Assembly (NCBI RefSeq): GCF_009914755.1 | Contig: NC_060927.1 | Strand: one strand, 5' to 3' | DNA from: the human T2T-CHM13v2.0 reference genome, Homo sapiens | DNA length: 64,000 nt | Part shown: in pieces, positions 61,799 through 64,000 of the stretch | Layout of the letters: every line of letters starts with the position of its first letter | Numbering within the stretch: position 1 is the first letter of the stretch | Program-made: the position numbers and the translations under genes | Notes under the pieces: generated by a model | Database searches by the model: none | Seen by the model: only the letters and a program-made list of their open reading frames with translations | What the model was told of the DNA's origin: nothing

Positions 61799-63981
61799 AA
61801 CCATCTTTGACAAACCTACAGCCAGCATCATACCGTACATGCAAAAACTGGAAGCATTCCCTTTGAGAACTAGAATAAAATAAGGATGCCCACTGTCACC
61901 ACTCATGTTCAACATAGTACTGGAAGTCCTAGCCAGAGCAATCAGGCAAGAGGAAGAAATAAAAGGCATCCAAATAGGAAGAGAGGAAGTCACACTATGT
62001 CTCTTCATAGGTGATAGGATTCTATACCTAGAAAACCCCATAGTCTCTACCAAAAAGCTCCTAGATATGATAAACAACTTCAGCAAAGTTTCTGAATACA
62101 AAATCAATGCACAAAAATAAGTAGCATTGCTATATCCCAGCAATGTCCAAGCTGAGAGCCCAATCAGGAACACAATCCCATCCACAATAGCCACAAAAAG
62201 AATCAAATACCCAGGAATACAGCTAACCATGGAGGTGAGAGAGTTCTACAACAAGAATTATAAAACACTACTGAAAAAGTCAGAGATTACATAAACAGAT
62301 GGAAAAAACATTCCATGCAAGATTACATAAACAGATGGAAAAACATTCCATGCTCATGGATAGGAAGAATCAATACTGTTTAAATGGCTATACTGCCCAA
62401 AGCAATTTACAGATTCAATACTATTTCTATCAAAGTACCAGTGAAATTCCTCACAGAATTAGAGAAAAAAACTCTCTTAAAATTCATATGGAACCATAAA
62501 AGAGCCCAAATAGCCAAAGCAATCCTAAACAAAAACAACAAAGCTGGGGGCATCACATTACCCAACTTCAAACTATACTACAAGGCTACAGTAATCAAAA
62601 TGGCATGATAGTAGTACAAAAACAGACACATAGACCAGTGGAACAGAATAGAGAGTCCAGAAATAAGACCACATGCCCACAACCATCTGATCTTTGACAA
62701 AGTTCACAAAAACAACCAATGAGGAATGGACTCCCTATTCACTAAATGGTGCTGGGATAACTGGCTAGCCATATGCAGAAGATTGAAATTGGATGCCTTC
62801 CTTACAACATATACAAAAATCAACTCAAGATGGATTAAACACTTAAATGTAAAACCTAAAACTATAAAAACCCTGGAAAATAACCTAAGAAATGCCATTC
62901 TAGACATATACCCTGGCAAAGATTTCATGAAGATACCAAAAGCAATTGCAACAAAAACAAAAATTGACAAACGATCTCTAATTAAGCTGAAGAGCTTCTG
63001 CACAGCAAAAGAAACTATCAACAGAATAAACAAACAACCCACAGAATGGAAGAAAATATTTGCAAACTATGCATCTGACAAAGGTCTAATATCCAGAATC
63101 CATGAGGAATTTAAACAAATTAACAAACAAAAAACAAACAACCCTATTAAAAAGTGGGCAAAAGATAGGAACAGACCACTTCTCAAAAGAAGACATACAT
63201 GCAGCCAAAAAGCATATAAAAAAATGCTCAACATCACTAATCATTAGAGAAATGTAAATCAGAACCACAATGAGATATCATCTCACACCAGTCAGAATGG
63301 CTATTATTAAAAAGTGAAAAAATGGCAGTTGTTGGCAAGGTTGCAGAGAAAAGGGAATGCTTATGCACTGTTGGTAGGAGTGTAAATTTACTCAGCCACT
63401 GTGGAAAGTGGTTTGGTAATTTCCCAAATAACTTAAAACAGAACTACCATTCAACCCAACAATCCCATTACTAGGCATATACCCAAAGGAATATAAATCA
63501 TTCTACCATAAATACATATGCATGCATATGTTCATCACAGCACTATTCACAATAGCAAAGACATTGAATCAACCTAGATGCCCACCAACAGTAGACTGGA
63601 TAAAGAAAATGTGGTACATATACACCACAGAACACTACACAGACATAAAGAAGGAGGTCATGTCCTTTGTAGCAACAAGGATGGAACTAGAGAACCTTAT
63701 CCTAAGTGAACTAATGCAGAAGCAGAAAACCAAATACTACATATTCTCACCTTTAAGTGGCAGCTAAACATTGAGTACACATGGACACAAAGCAGGGAAC
63801 AACAGACACTGGGGCCTATTTGAGAGTGGAGGGTGGGAGGAGGGTGAGACTCAAAAAACTATCAACAAGTACCATCCTTATTACCTGAGTGATTAAAAAA
63901 TCTGTACACCAAACACCCGTGACATGTAACTTACCTGCACATGTACCCCGAAACTAAAATAAAAGTTTAAATAAAATAAAA
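61799..63981 (+). mobile_element. 5'-truncated old L1PA (L1PA13-16-like, ~2.2 kb) inserted in an ancient L1ME relic
   Basis: Decayed ORF2 fragments and 3'UTR. TSD taaattgctctctg at 61785-61798 and 63982-63995. Confidence 0.93.
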
Positions 63982-64000
63982 TAAATTGCTCTCTGGTGTA

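Overview
Repeat-dense, apparently gene-free primate genomic window, almost certainly human: it holds a consensus-perfect AluYa5 and a full-length L1PA2/3-type LINE-1. I see no recognisable cellular protein-coding gene, and nearly all long ORFs are LINE-1 ORF1/ORF2 pieces or their antisense shadows. The window is mostly nested LINE-1s of several ages, Alus, MaLR/ERVL/ERV1 LTRs, hAT/Tigger/mariner MITEs, MIR/L2 relics and microsatellites. Several signals are not explained by repeat annotation. (1) A ~565-bp inverted duplication (32302-32988 vs 42384-42947) has junctions that split one L2 element into oppositely oriented halves, implying an old ~10-kb inversion. (2) A degenerate 30-bp array with ~90-bp higher-order structure at 1048-1590 reads as a decayed decapeptide-repeat coding sequence. 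(3) A two-piece templated insertion between duplicated (TG)n tracts at 49152-49432 matches sequence ~1.8-2.2 kb downstream. (4) The full-length L1 has dead ORF1/ORF2 but an intact antisense ORF0. (5) An ATG-initiated 266-codon ORF and candidate exons lie inside the inferred inversion. Repeat subfamily names are from recalled consensus sequences and need RepeatMasker/Dfam confirmation. Identities are hand-counted approximations.
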